From positions 3,180-27,179 of the forward strand of contig CAUYTZ010000315.1 of NCBI GenBank assembly GCA_963575695.1: a stretch of DNA of 24,000 nucleotides, given 5' to 3'. The stretch's first letter is position 1. Each line of letters begins with the position of its first letter. Of this stretch, positions 1 through 7,638 are shown one piece after another. The notes beneath the pieces are model-generated. The model saw only the letters and a list, made by a program, of their open reading frames with translations, searched no databases and was not told the origin of the DNA. A program made the position numbers and the translations under genes. This stretch comes from an uncultured Gammaproteobacteria bacterium (GTDB lineage Bacteria; Pseudomonadota; Alphaproteobacteria; Azospirillales; Azospirillaceae).

Positions 1-770
1 CACTTGCCTGCCGCACCTTCAACCACGCGCGCCGCAGTCACGCCCTTGGCCGTCATGGCGGTTCCGGCCACGCCCTTCCCCGCCAACCCCACCGCTTGCC
101 CGGTGGTTGGGTTCAAAAACAAAAACTTGCCGGCATTGTCGGCCGCAATGATCGGCCCCTGTTCGACGGTAAAAGTCTTACCGACCAGCGTCGGCACCAC
201 CCCAGCGGCGTTCTGGAGCTTAAGAACCACAATGTCCTTGGCGGCGACAGCGGCATCGCCAACCGGTTGCAGGAACAGCCACTTACCGGCCTCCCCAGCC
301 ACGGCTGATGTCTTAATTACCGTAAATGTCTTGCCGGCAAGGGCGGGAGTCTGTGCGGCAGCCGTGGCCCCCTCCAGTTGCAGCATTAGCATATTCGGTC
401 CGGCAACACCCGCCGACCCCAGACCTGCCGCCAACACCCCGGCCCCGCCCTTGGCCGCCAGAGCGGCTTTCGGACAGAACGTGACCCACTTGCCCATGCC
501 GCCAACGACAGTCGGCCCGTGCCCGATTGTAACCGATTTACCGACGAGGCCAGACATCTGCGCCATCTGCCGGGTGCCCTCAAGCTTTAGAACCACGGCC
601 CCCTGTCCAGCGGCGGTGGCACCTCCATCAGGAACCAGAAGCAAACTGGTTCCCATACCGTTACCGACAGTCGTTACTTGGCCCACGGTAAATGATTTTC
701 CGGTCAATCCAGACAAAAGGCTGGCCTGAGTGGTGCCTTCCACCTTCGCCATCACCATTTCTTGAAGCAT
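1..770 (-). CDS. mamD: MamD/Mms7-like magnetosome membrane protein, N-terminal ~256 aa (gene runs off the left window edge)
   Basis: Absent from the ORF track because it has no stop inside the window. My translation of the minus strand from ATG 770-768 (GGAGAG about 8 nt upstream) is open to position 1: MLQEMVMAKVEGTTQASLLSGLTGKSFTVGQ... It contains four ~45-60 aa modules of the pattern VVLKLEG...L(V/A)GK(T/S)FTV...GK(W/F)LFLxP, which is the repeated N-terminal architecture I recall for MamD. It lies downstream of an LG-repeat gene, as in mamGFDC. The + ORF 4..729 is its antisense shadow. Confidence 0.75.
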   Translation of the reverse strand, partial: MLQEMVMAKVEGTTQASLLSGLTGKSFTVGQVTTVGNGMGTSLLLVPDGGATAAGQGAVVLKLEGTRQMAQMSGLVGKSVTIGHGPTVVGGMGKWVTFCPKAALAAKGGAGVLAAGLGSAGVAGPNMLMLQLEGATAAAQTPALAGKTFTVIKTSAVAGEAGKWLFLQPVGDAAVAAKDIVVLKLQNAAGVVPTLVGKTFTVEQGPIIAADNAGKFLFLNPTTGQAVGLAGKGVAGTAMTAKGVTAARVVEGAAGK

Positions 771-847
771 TTGGGTTACTCTCCGCGATCGAATGAAAGG
801 CTAAATTACGTGAACCATCCAGTTCCGCCATAAAATCTGAAACCAGA

Positions 848-1063
848 TCAGCTCTCTTCATGTCTTCGGTGTATCCAAACACAACTGCCATAACAGGCAA
901 GCACACTTCCAATAAACCTAAGCCAAAACATGGCACTCAACAAAGCAGCGGAAGAACTCAGCAATACGACAAAACTAACCACCAGCACCCAAACCGCCGT
1001 GCTCAACAACAGATACGGGATCAGCCGCCACACCCAATCGACAATCATGACCGGCAAAACCAT
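848..1063 (-). CDS. small hypothetical membrane protein (71 aa, 2 predicted TM helices)
   Basis: Hydrophobic segments: IVDWVWRLIPYLLLSTAVWVLVVSFVVLL and LLSAMFWLRFIGSVLACYG. The ATG at 1063 is only 6 nt after the stop of the upstream LG-repeat gene, and the ORF ends 77 nt before the mamD start on the same strand. It occupies the slot of mamF but has no MamF motif. No family recognised. Confidence 0.4.
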   Translation of the reverse strand: MVLPVMIVDWVWRLIPYLLLSTAVWVLVVSFVVLLSSSAALLSAMFWLRFIGSVLACYGSCVWIHRRHEES

Positions 1064-1069
1064 CCAGCC

Positions 1070-1546
1070 CTAACCTTGTGTGGCCAGGAAACCTTCATCC
1101 GTGTTCGCTTCAGCAACATCAACGACGGCACTCTCCGTCTGACTGCGATAGCGCATGTAGGCAGAAAATGCAACCACCCCCGCGACTCCAAGCAGAATTG
1201 GCCCCCACATACCTAGGCCGAGACCAAGGCCAAGACTTATACCTTTGCCGCTCCAGATCGTCCCGCCAGCATTCAGGGCATAAGCCGTAGCCGGAGAACC
1301 GCCCGCCGTTAGGCCCGCCTTACCGACAACTGCCACGCCCTTACCCGCCACACCCGCAGTTCCCCCCACCGCCTTGGCCGCAAGGGCATCACGAACCACT
1401 TCATGCTCAATTCCCGGGAACATCGCAGCCTGCGCCGGTGCAACGCCCTTGGCAATCAGGGTATCACGAACCACTTCGTGCCCAATGCCGACAGCCCCCA
1501 AGCTTTTTCCACCCCCTACGACCGGTCCCGTCACAACTGCAACCAT
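1070..1546 (-). CDS. Mms6/MamG-family Leu-Gly-repeat magnetosome protein (158 aa)
   Basis: The C-terminus GGTIWSGKGISLGLGLGLGMWGPILLGVAGVVAFSAYMRYRSQTESAVVDVAEANTDEG has the LG-repeat + TM + acidic tail signature of Mms6, which MamG/MamD partly share. The ATG at 1546 is preceded by GGGGTGA. An internal segment is duplicated: GI(G/E)HEVVRD(T/A)L(I/A)AK. Confidence 0.8.
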   Translation of the reverse strand: MVAVVTGPVVGGGKSLGAVGIGHEVVRDTLIAKGVAPAQAAMFPGIEHEVVRDALAAKAVGGTAGVAGKGVAVVGKAGLTAGGSPATAYALNAGGTIWSGKGISLGLGLGLGMWGPILLGVAGVVAFSAYMRYRSQTESAVVDVAEANTDEGFLATQG

Positions 1547-1720
1547 AAAACATCACCCCGTTACAAAGACATCCGACGACCAAGGCTTCACCCCGAAAAT
1601 ACCAGGAGTCTAAGTTTTGTCAAAGGGCTTCATTTGAACCTGAAGCGCCATAACAAAATGTAGATCGAAACGGAAATCATGCCATAATGTCTCGCTCCTC
1701 TAGTGCGCTGGTGCCTTTGC

Positions 1721-1750
1721 CGTCGCGTCCAGCGCCGTCGCGTCCAGCGT
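1721..1750. repeat. 15-bp tandem duplication CGTCGCGTCCAGCG(C/T) x2 in a divergent intergenic region
   Basis: Read directly: cgtcgcgtccagcgc (1721-1735) and cgtcgcgtccagcgt (1736-1750). It lies between the LG-repeat gene start (1546, minus) and the ORF starting at 1784 (plus). Confidence 0.9.
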
Positions 1751-1783
1751 CGATGAGACCGCATCACAATCCCGCGTGGCAGC

Positions 1784-2842
1784 ATGCAACCCGACCAGCA
1801 ACCGCTCACGACACTCGTTCGCCATCCTCTAGAACTCGTGCTGGGGGTTGATGTCAATGTCGGGTGGCGGTTAAGCGTTGCCACCAGCCCGGGGAAACTT
1901 TCCCCACAACACTCGCTTGAAGTTTTTGATGCAGACGATATCAATTCAGAATTTGAAAACGAAAACAGTGACCTGCTGGACCGAACCCGATACGCCAACG
2001 ACCTTGCGGAAACCTTTATTCGCGATGTTCCGGTCTGGTTAAAGGAGTTTGGCAAGGAATTCGAGGTTCCAGGTTTCGGGCGCTCTTTTCACTACTACAC
2101 GGAATGCCTGGATTGCGTTGACCTCCCAGAGTGCGAATTGTGTGGCAAAACTGGAAAAATAACGCATACCTGCCGATCATACCTTGTCGCCGTTTGTTCG
2201 GTTAATAAGGTTGTGCCGAGGCTGCCATCGCCGTTTCCTCCAGCAGAGGGAAACCCTCCCCCCGCCCCGCCGCAACCCACCCCGCCCCGCACGCTTAAAA
2301 AAGGGCACTGGGCGGTCGCGGCGGCCGCCCTTGCAACGATTATCATGGCCGTAAGTGTCGCCTTAAGAGTGATGCTGTACCCGGAATTAATCGTTCAGCC
2401 TGCGCCCTCCACTCAAACACAATGCTTCCCCGCCGAGAATGTTCCCGCGCCCGCGGTGGCCGCCCCCCCTCCACTTGAACCCACGCCCGCCCCGCCACCG
2501 CTTGCCGAATCGGACTCCACCCCCCCCGACCCCTTGCGCAAGCCCGTGGCTCCACCGGAGTGGACACCACCTCTAGCCGAGGGGCCGGAGAAAAATGCGC
2601 CGGGACTCCGTCTGCAACGCGCATTGAGTGAACTCGGTTTCCACCATGGCCCGCTTACCGGGGAACTCGATGGCCCGACTCGCCTAGCCCTAGCGGAATT
2701 CCTGGCCCTTGTGCCGCAGCCAATCAAAAGCAAATTCGGTAAACAGGTCGCCGCCATGGCCGAAGCGGCAGCCCGTCATGACTTCAACCTAGATGCGAAA
2801 CCCGGATCAGGCCCACCGGTCAGGCCTCCTCTGCCGGATTGA
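1784..2842 (+). CDS. hypothetical protein: Cys-rich Zn-ribbon-like segment, Pro-rich linkers, one TM helix, C-terminal peptidoglycan-binding-like domain
   Basis: 352-aa ORF. It has a CxxC-x5-CxxCGKTGK motif (TECLDCVDLPECELCGKTGKITHTC) and a TM helix (HWAVAAAALATIIMAVSVALRVML). The C-terminal LRLQRALSELGFHHGPLTGELDGPTRLALAEFLA fits the PG_binding_1 pattern (LQxxLxxLGyxxGxxDGxxGxxTxxAlxxFq). There is no SD before ATG 1784, so the start is uncertain. Confidence 0.6.
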   Translation: MQPDQQPLTTLVRHPLELVLGVDVNVGWRLSVATSPGKLSPQHSLEVFDADDINSEFENENSDLLDRTRYANDLAETFIRDVPVWLKEFGKEFEVPGFGRSFHYYTECLDCVDLPECELCGKTGKITHTCRSYLVAVCSVNKVVPRLPSPFPPAEGNPPPAPPQPTPPRTLKKGHWAVAAAALATIIMAVSVALRVMLYPELIVQPAPSTQTQCFPAENVPAPAVAAPPPLEPTPAPPPLAESDSTPPDPLRKPVAPPEWTPPLAEGPEKNAPGLRLQRALSELGFHHGPLTGELDGPTRLALAEFLALVPQPIKSKFGKQVAAMAEAAARHDFNLDAKPGSGPPVRPPLPD

Positions 2843-3155
2843 ACGAATGCAATTTCGATAAACCTTAATTAATCACCTCCCCCCTACGGATGGGTACACG
2901 CGGGAGGGCGGGACGGTTTTGATTTCAGAGATCCAAACCAGATGTTTCGCATCGGTTCACTTTCATGCGACAATATGGCAGAACTGGTGGTGAATTGGGT
3001 GGCGGTTAGACGCACGGTAGCTTATCAGCAACCTGTTGAATGCAATTGTGTTTGACTCAGAATTGAACACCTAGCCATGCAACCAAAAGCAGCGGAAGCG
3101 ACTCGACCGACGAATGCGAGACTGGTGAGAGTACGGCGGCCGATCGGAGATAGTG

Positions 3156-4379
3156 ATGGCGATCAGAGTCCTGTGTACCGTTGTCATATTGCTGGCTGAA
3201 TTTTATGCGTGGTTGATGACCGCGACCGGTTTGCAGTTGACGCAATATCGGCCCGCCTTCGGCGGTTGGATCGGTGACGCGCAGCCGTTCGTGTTGGCGG
3301 CACTGGTCCATGCCGCAATTTCCTTGTTTTACCTACGCTTGGCCTCACCAGTAACCATGGCGCGCCATGAAAAGGTCGCCTTGGCCCTGTCGGTGCCCTT
3401 GATCACGATTTTCGTGCTGTGGTCAATTTTTATGTCCACCTATTCAATCATGTTTGAGCGGCGCGCCGAAACCTCTTTCGTTGAAGCCGGAAACAAACTT
3501 CAATCGATCTTCGAGAATGTACGCAATCTTGATGATGAGATGTCAAAATACTATGTTGGTGCCGCCAATAACCTTCGTGAGCGCATGGAGTTTGAATCCA
3601 AGAAGCCAGAACCGGGTGTCCTCGCAGGATGCGGGAATCGCTGCCGAACAATTCGGCGAGCTTGGACCGACCTTCAAGATTTCCAGTATCTCAACACACC
3701 TGCTCTCCATAATCGGCAGCCATACCTGGATCTGGCAAAAGAACTTAGCGCTCTAGAAAACGAAAACATCACGGTTACTGACCGCCTTGAAGGATTTAGA
3801 GCCGCGAGTAAAGTTTTCATGGATCTCAACCGATTGTTGAGTGGTAACATTCGTGATGCGACCGCACTTGAAGATAATGCTGTGGTAAATGCCAGCAACC
3901 AATCAAATCAATACGCAGCACGCCTAAGAGAAATACAGAGACGCTTGGATGACTTGCGAAGCAATGATCGAAAGCTGACAGATTCCAAATATCGAGGCCT
4001 AACTGAACTGGTCAAAGACATTGTTACCGCGTCGGAGACCGGAAAAATAGCTCAGGTTCTGGATCTATCAACCGTACTGTTGATTGCCATGGCCCCGGAT
4101 ATTCTCTGCTTGGCAATGGCCGCACTGGCACGGAGCTTCACCTCCTCTTCAGAGCCGACCCCGATGCTGCCGTGGGGGCAAATGTTCTGGAAGCGACTCA
4201 TGCGCAACCGCCGCTACATGCCGAGCAACGTTGAAGTGGACAATCTTAAGAACCTGGTTGCGGAACAGCTTCGACAGCGGGTGAGCGGTGATCAACCCAG
4301 CCGCGACTCCAGTTCCGGCTTGCCCCATGGACCACGGCTGCAACCAAGACCAGCGGCACGGGAGCCGATCATCCGTTAA
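3156..4379 (+). CDS. hypothetical membrane protein (N-terminal multi-TM block, central coiled-coil-like region, C-terminal TM)
   Basis: ATG 3156 lies 5 nt after GGAGA (3146-3150); the track starts at GTG 3153. Hydrophobic N-terminus: VLCTVVILLAEFYAWLM, FVLAALVHAAISLFYL, ALALSVPLITIFVLWSIFM. The middle is charged and heptad-like, and there is a late TM (VLDLSTVLLIAMAPDILCLAMAALA). GC is visibly lower than in flanking genes. No family recognised. Confidence 0.65.
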   Translation: MAIRVLCTVVILLAEFYAWLMTATGLQLTQYRPAFGGWIGDAQPFVLAALVHAAISLFYLRLASPVTMARHEKVALALSVPLITIFVLWSIFMSTYSIMFERRAETSFVEAGNKLQSIFENVRNLDDEMSKYYVGAANNLRERMEFESKKPEPGVLAGCGNRCRTIRRAWTDLQDFQYLNTPALHNRQPYLDLAKELSALENENITVTDRLEGFRAASKVFMDLNRLLSGNIRDATALEDNAVVNASNQSNQYAARLREIQRRLDDLRSNDRKLTDSKYRGLTELVKDIVTASETGKIAQVLDLSTVLLIAMAPDILCLAMAALARSFTSSSEPTPMLPWGQMFWKRLMRNRRYMPSNVEVDNLKNLVAEQLRQRVSGDQPSRDSSSGLPHGPRLQPRPAAREPIIR

Positions 4380-4434
4380 TCCTGCGGTTCTTACCCTTGG
4401 GAACGCTCTGATTGTCGTCCAAAATAAAGCGAGT

Positions 4435-4456
4435 CCAGGAGCCTCTCGGCTCCTGG
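4435..4456 (-). terminator. hairpin CCAGGAGCC-TCTC-GGCTCCTGG between convergent genes, likely intrinsic terminator of the hemerythrin gene
   Basis: Perfect 9-bp stem with a 4-nt loop. On the minus strand it is followed by ACTCGCTTTATTTTGG (T-rich). On the plus strand it is followed by a G-run, so it is less convincing for the plus-strand gene. Confidence 0.45.
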
Positions 4457-4516
4457 GGGGGGCAGGGCAAAGCCCGGGCACCAAAGACATATGGGTCAAT
4501 CATTAGGCTTGATCTA

Positions 4517-5026
4517 TCACACGCCTCCACCCTCAATAAAACCCTCTGAACCAAAACCACGAGAATACAGAGCTTCAAACTCTCCAAATTCTTCATCACA
4601 AATCACTGCATGACCAAGAAACCATTGGCCAACGTACGTCATCAACCATCTGAATGTTTCTTCATTCTCATTTATTTTCTCAACAAAAGAACTGACATTG
4701 CCAATGAACCTAGCATGTATGCGCTCGTGCGTGATAAACCCAGGGTACTTCATTATGCGCATCATTTTTTCTTCAAACGCAAAATGAAGCTCGAAAAAGA
4801 GGAGCAAATCCTTAAACATAGACCAACCATTTCCGTCCACATCTCCAGACCCAAGACAGTCTACAATAGCATTGTATCTTTCTATAATCGCTGAATGCTG
4901 ATCGTCGACAAGCTTGATCCCGACCAGATCGCTCTCACTCCCGAATAGTTTCTTAAGGTTGTCACATATATCCATAATATACTCGTCGCCCAACGGCCCG
5001 AGTTCAACCCCTACTGGAATAGTCAT
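4517..5026 (-). CDS. bacteriohemerythrin-like protein (169 aa)
   Basis: Hemerythrin ligand pattern is present in order: VDDQH, HFAFEE, THERIHARF (HxxxH), FLGHAVICD (HxxxxD). The gene is AT-rich; my hand count of lines 4621 and 4681 gives about 37% and 45% GC. Confidence 0.85.
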   Translation of the reverse strand: MTIPVGVELGPLGDEYIMDICDNLKKLFGSESDLVGIKLVDDQHSAIIERYNAIVDCLGSGDVDGNGWSMFKDLLLFFELHFAFEEKMMRIMKYPGFITHERIHARFIGNVSSFVEKINENEETFRWLMTYVGQWFLGHAVICDEEFGEFEALYSRGFGSEGFIEGGGV

Positions 5027-5257
5027 AAGGTCACGCTCATTTTTGAGAAATCTCTTGTAAACGTAATATGTACGAGGCCATCTGGAATTTCAAGCGCATA
5101 ACTTTCGCACTCCGGGGGCCATGCCTAATCAGGGGGCTTTGCCCCCCAGCAACCTCTATCTCAACCATTCGGCTCGCCGGGATAAGAACTGCTGATGCGT
5201 AATGTTGCGAATTTCCTTATGGTCAAGAGTGATGGTTGCGCAGGGAGAGCACCCGCC

Positions 5258-7003
5258 ATGATCGGGAGCGACGACACAAGTGACAACGACGAACACATCG
5301 CCAACCCGCGACATCCGGGATCGAATGGTGTTCGTGGTGCTATGCGATCAAATCGGGTGACGGAGGAAGGCCAATGGGCAGAGCTTCTTGAAATCGCTGA
5401 CTGGAACCGACCGGCGACGCGAAAAACCGACGCCCCCCAACCATGCCCGCCCCAAAGGCCGGAGTCCGATCGTGGCCCAAGCGGGACCACAGCCGGGTTT
5501 GATGTGTTCGACACCAGCCTGTTCGATGACTGGGCCAGACTGGAAGGGGCGGGAACGCGGCCAATACCCGAATCAGCACTGGTGACCGCAGAAAGAATAG
5601 AAACAGAGGCTAACGCTGGGGACGAGAACCCGACTCCGAGTAATTCTTCGGCTGATCAACAGAGATCAGCGCTGATCGAAGTACGTACGATGCTGGAGCG
5701 TGAGTTGGAGGGGCTTCGTACCGAGGAACTCGAAGCCCGGCAGGAACTGGACAAGACCAATCAAAAGCTACACGCCACACGACTCGAAATTGAACATCTG
5801 GAACGCCAAGGCGGCGCACTGGTCGAATCGCAAGCAGTACAGGCGGAAACGCGAATAGTGCTGGAGCATGACCTTATAGCCCTGCAAGCCGACCTGTCGC
5901 ATCTGCGGATGGAACTCGATACCGCCAATCAAGAATTTGGGGCCAAGCGAGAGGCGATCGAGATCCTTGAGCGCGAACGGCGAACCTTGGCCCGCGACTC
6001 GGAGGCAGCGCAAACCAGGCTTACTCACGATCAAGACCAACTGGCCCGTCTAGCCCAGGATATCGCCGCCACAGAATCCCGGCAATCGGAACTGGCGCGC
6101 GATCTCGACACACTCGCCCAGGCTGGCCAGACCGCGCAACGCCAGAGCCAGGAACACTTGGCTGCCGCTGATCTCGAGCTTCAATCCAAGCGGGCTGAAA
6201 TCAATCAGTTGAGTCAGCATGGCTGCGCCCTGGCCGCCGACGTGGCCGCGATAAAATCAAGCCTTACCCGGGATCAGGAACAACTGGCCCGTCTAGCCCA
6301 GGATATCGCCACCAAACAATCCCGACAATCGGAACTGGCGCGCGATCTCGACAGACTCGCCCAGGCTGGCCAGACCGCGCAACGCCAAAGCCAGGAACAA
6401 CTGGCTGCCACTGGTCTCGAGCTTCAATCCAAGCGGGCTGAAATCAATCAGTTGAATCAGCATGGCTGCGCCCTGGCCGCCGACGTGGCCGCGATAAAAT
6501 CAAGCCTTACCCGGGATCAAAACGCCTCTAACCAATTGGCGAAGCAACGCACCACCTTGGAAAGCGAAGTGGAGGTTCTCCAAGCCGAGCAAAACCGGTA
6601 TCGGAAGGAAATCACCGCACTGAGCGAAGCGTCACGAATCAAAAGGACTGAGGTCGATGCTCTCGAACTCCAAACCCACGGACTGACTGACGAAGTTGCC
6701 GTAGCCAGAACGCAGCTTGGTCAGGCAACCGCTGCCGCACAAACCATGCAGCGCCACCGTGATGTGGCCGCCGAGGACATCCGAGGATTGAACCGACAAC
6801 GGGAAGCGATAAAATCAGAACTAACCCAACTACAAGAGGAAAAAAACAGACTTCAAGAAGACTTTCATGCCAGGCGCTTGGAACTTATAACGGTTTACAA
6901 CCATGATCGCAAACTGTTGGATAAACTGAAACGTGAGCTTGCCGCAACCCAACATCAACACGCCGGACTTGAGCCGGCTTCACCGTCACAAGCCGACACT
7001 TAA
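5258..7003 (+). CDS. large soluble coiled-coil protein with acidic N-terminal region and an 81-aa internal tandem duplication
   Basis: The ORF is open from 5195. ATG 5258 has GGGAGAG (5243-5249) 8 nt upstream, so it is the preferred start. From about residue 170 the sequence is continuous Q/E/R/A/L-rich heptad-like sequence. No TM segment and no family recognised. Confidence 0.7.
   Translation: MIGSDDTSDNDEHIANPRHPGSNGVRGAMRSNRVTEEGQWAELLEIADWNRPATRKTDAPQPCPPQRPESDRGPSGTTAGFDVFDTSLFDDWARLEGAGTRPIPESALVTAERIETEANAGDENPTPSNSSADQQRSALIEVRTMLERELEGLRTEELEARQELDKTNQKLHATRLEIEHLERQGGALVESQAVQAETRIVLEHDLIALQADLSHLRMELDTANQEFGAKREAIEILERERRTLARDSEAAQTRLTHDQDQLARLAQDIAATESRQSELARDLDTLAQAGQTAQRQSQEHLAAADLELQSKRAEINQLSQHGCALAADVAAIKSSLTRDQEQLARLAQDIATKQSRQSELARDLDRLAQAGQTAQRQSQEQLAATGLELQSKRAEINQLNQHGCALAADVAAIKSSLTRDQNASNQLAKQRTTLESEVEVLQAEQNRYRKEITALSEASRIKRTEVDALELQTHGLTDEVAVARTQLGQATAAAQTMQRHRDVAAEDIRGLNRQREAIKSELTQLQEEKNRLQEDFHARRLELITVYNHDRKLLDKLKRELAATQHQHAGLEPASPSQADT
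6020..6520 (+). repeat. 243-bp in-frame tandem duplication (2 copies plus the start of a third) inside the coiled-coil gene
   Basis: ctggcccgtc occurs at 6041-6050 and 6284-6293, giving a period of 243. cttac occurs at 6020, 6263 and 6506. The encoded 81-aa units (LT(H/R)DQ(D/E)QLARLAQDIA...HGCALAADVAAIKSS) differ at 10 positions. Confidence 0.9.
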
Positions 7004-7014
7004 GGAGGTTTGTT

Positions 7015-7620
7015 TTGTACGACACCTCATCGAATTCCGTGCTTGATGGCAACCAAGCCCCTGCCCTTTCCGCCATTAGTGGCGGCTCGATCCTCGACGC
7101 CCTTACCCGAAGCGAGCGGCTCTGGCCAATGTTGATCGGCCTATCATTGATCGCGGTGTCTTCGGTCACCTTGTTGAGCTATCAATCAATCAGCACGCGG
7201 TCTGAATTCCGCGACACCAGTATGGAGCAGGCAAGGCTCAAGTCGGAACTCGATGTCGCAACCAAGAAGGCAACCACGCTCCAGACCGAGTTGTTAGCGA
7301 CCAGAACAGAACTAACTGCGGCAAAACAAGAGCGCACGCAAAAAGAGATCGAGCTACAGCGTATTAACGGCGAAGTGGCCGCCTTGAGCGGTCGCCGGTC
7401 AACCCTCACCAATCAACTTACCGAACAGGCGCGGCTATCTAAAGATACTGAACACAAGATGGCTGTGGCGGTTCAGCAACGGAACCGATGTGAATTGGAT
7501 CTGGAAACCGCGCGATCAGAGATCGGTAGCATTCAGGGCCAACTCGCAACCGTCAGCGCCCAACTTAAGCAAGCACAAACTAAGATTCCACAGCCTCGCC
7601 CGGCCAAAGGTTCACGGTAG
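7015..7620 (+). CDS. membrane-anchored coiled-coil protein (201 aa)
   Basis: TTG start at 7015, 6 nt after a perfect AGGAGG (7003-7008) that overlaps the upstream stop codon. One TM helix (LWPMLIGLSLIAVSSVTLLSY) is followed by about 130 aa of heptad-like sequence. No family recognised. Confidence 0.7.
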   Translation: MYDTSSNSVLDGNQAPALSAISGGSILDALTRSERLWPMLIGLSLIAVSSVTLLSYQSISTRSEFRDTSMEQARLKSELDVATKKATTLQTELLATRTELTAAKQERTQKEIELQRINGEVAALSGRRSTLTNQLTEQARLSKDTEHKMAVAVQQRNRCELDLETARSEIGSIQGQLATVSAQLKQAQTKIPQPRPAKGSR

Positions 7621-7638
7621 TCCAGGGAGAATGTATAC

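Noticed and set aside
4-729. 241-aa plus-strand ORF (Pro/Ala/Thr-rich)
   Set aside because: It is the antisense shadow of the minus-strand mamD-like gene. That gene has a real SD/ATG and a four-fold repeated module structure. The plus-frame product is low-complexity.
661-1216. ORFs 661..936 (-) and 860..1216 (+)
   Set aside because: The first overlaps both the 71-aa ORF and the mamD start in a different frame. The second is a Gln/His/Pro-rich antisense product overlapping the LG-repeat gene. Neither has motifs or an SD.
1630-2055. 141-aa minus-strand ORF across the divergent intergenic region
   Set aside because: It is Arg/Ser-rich low complexity, partly created by the 15-bp tandem duplication. 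It overlaps the 5' end of the plus-strand gene and has no SD.
2095-2757. Three minus-strand ORFs (83, 93, 114 aa)
   Set aside because: They are Gly/Arg-rich antisense shadows of the Pro-rich plus-strand gene.
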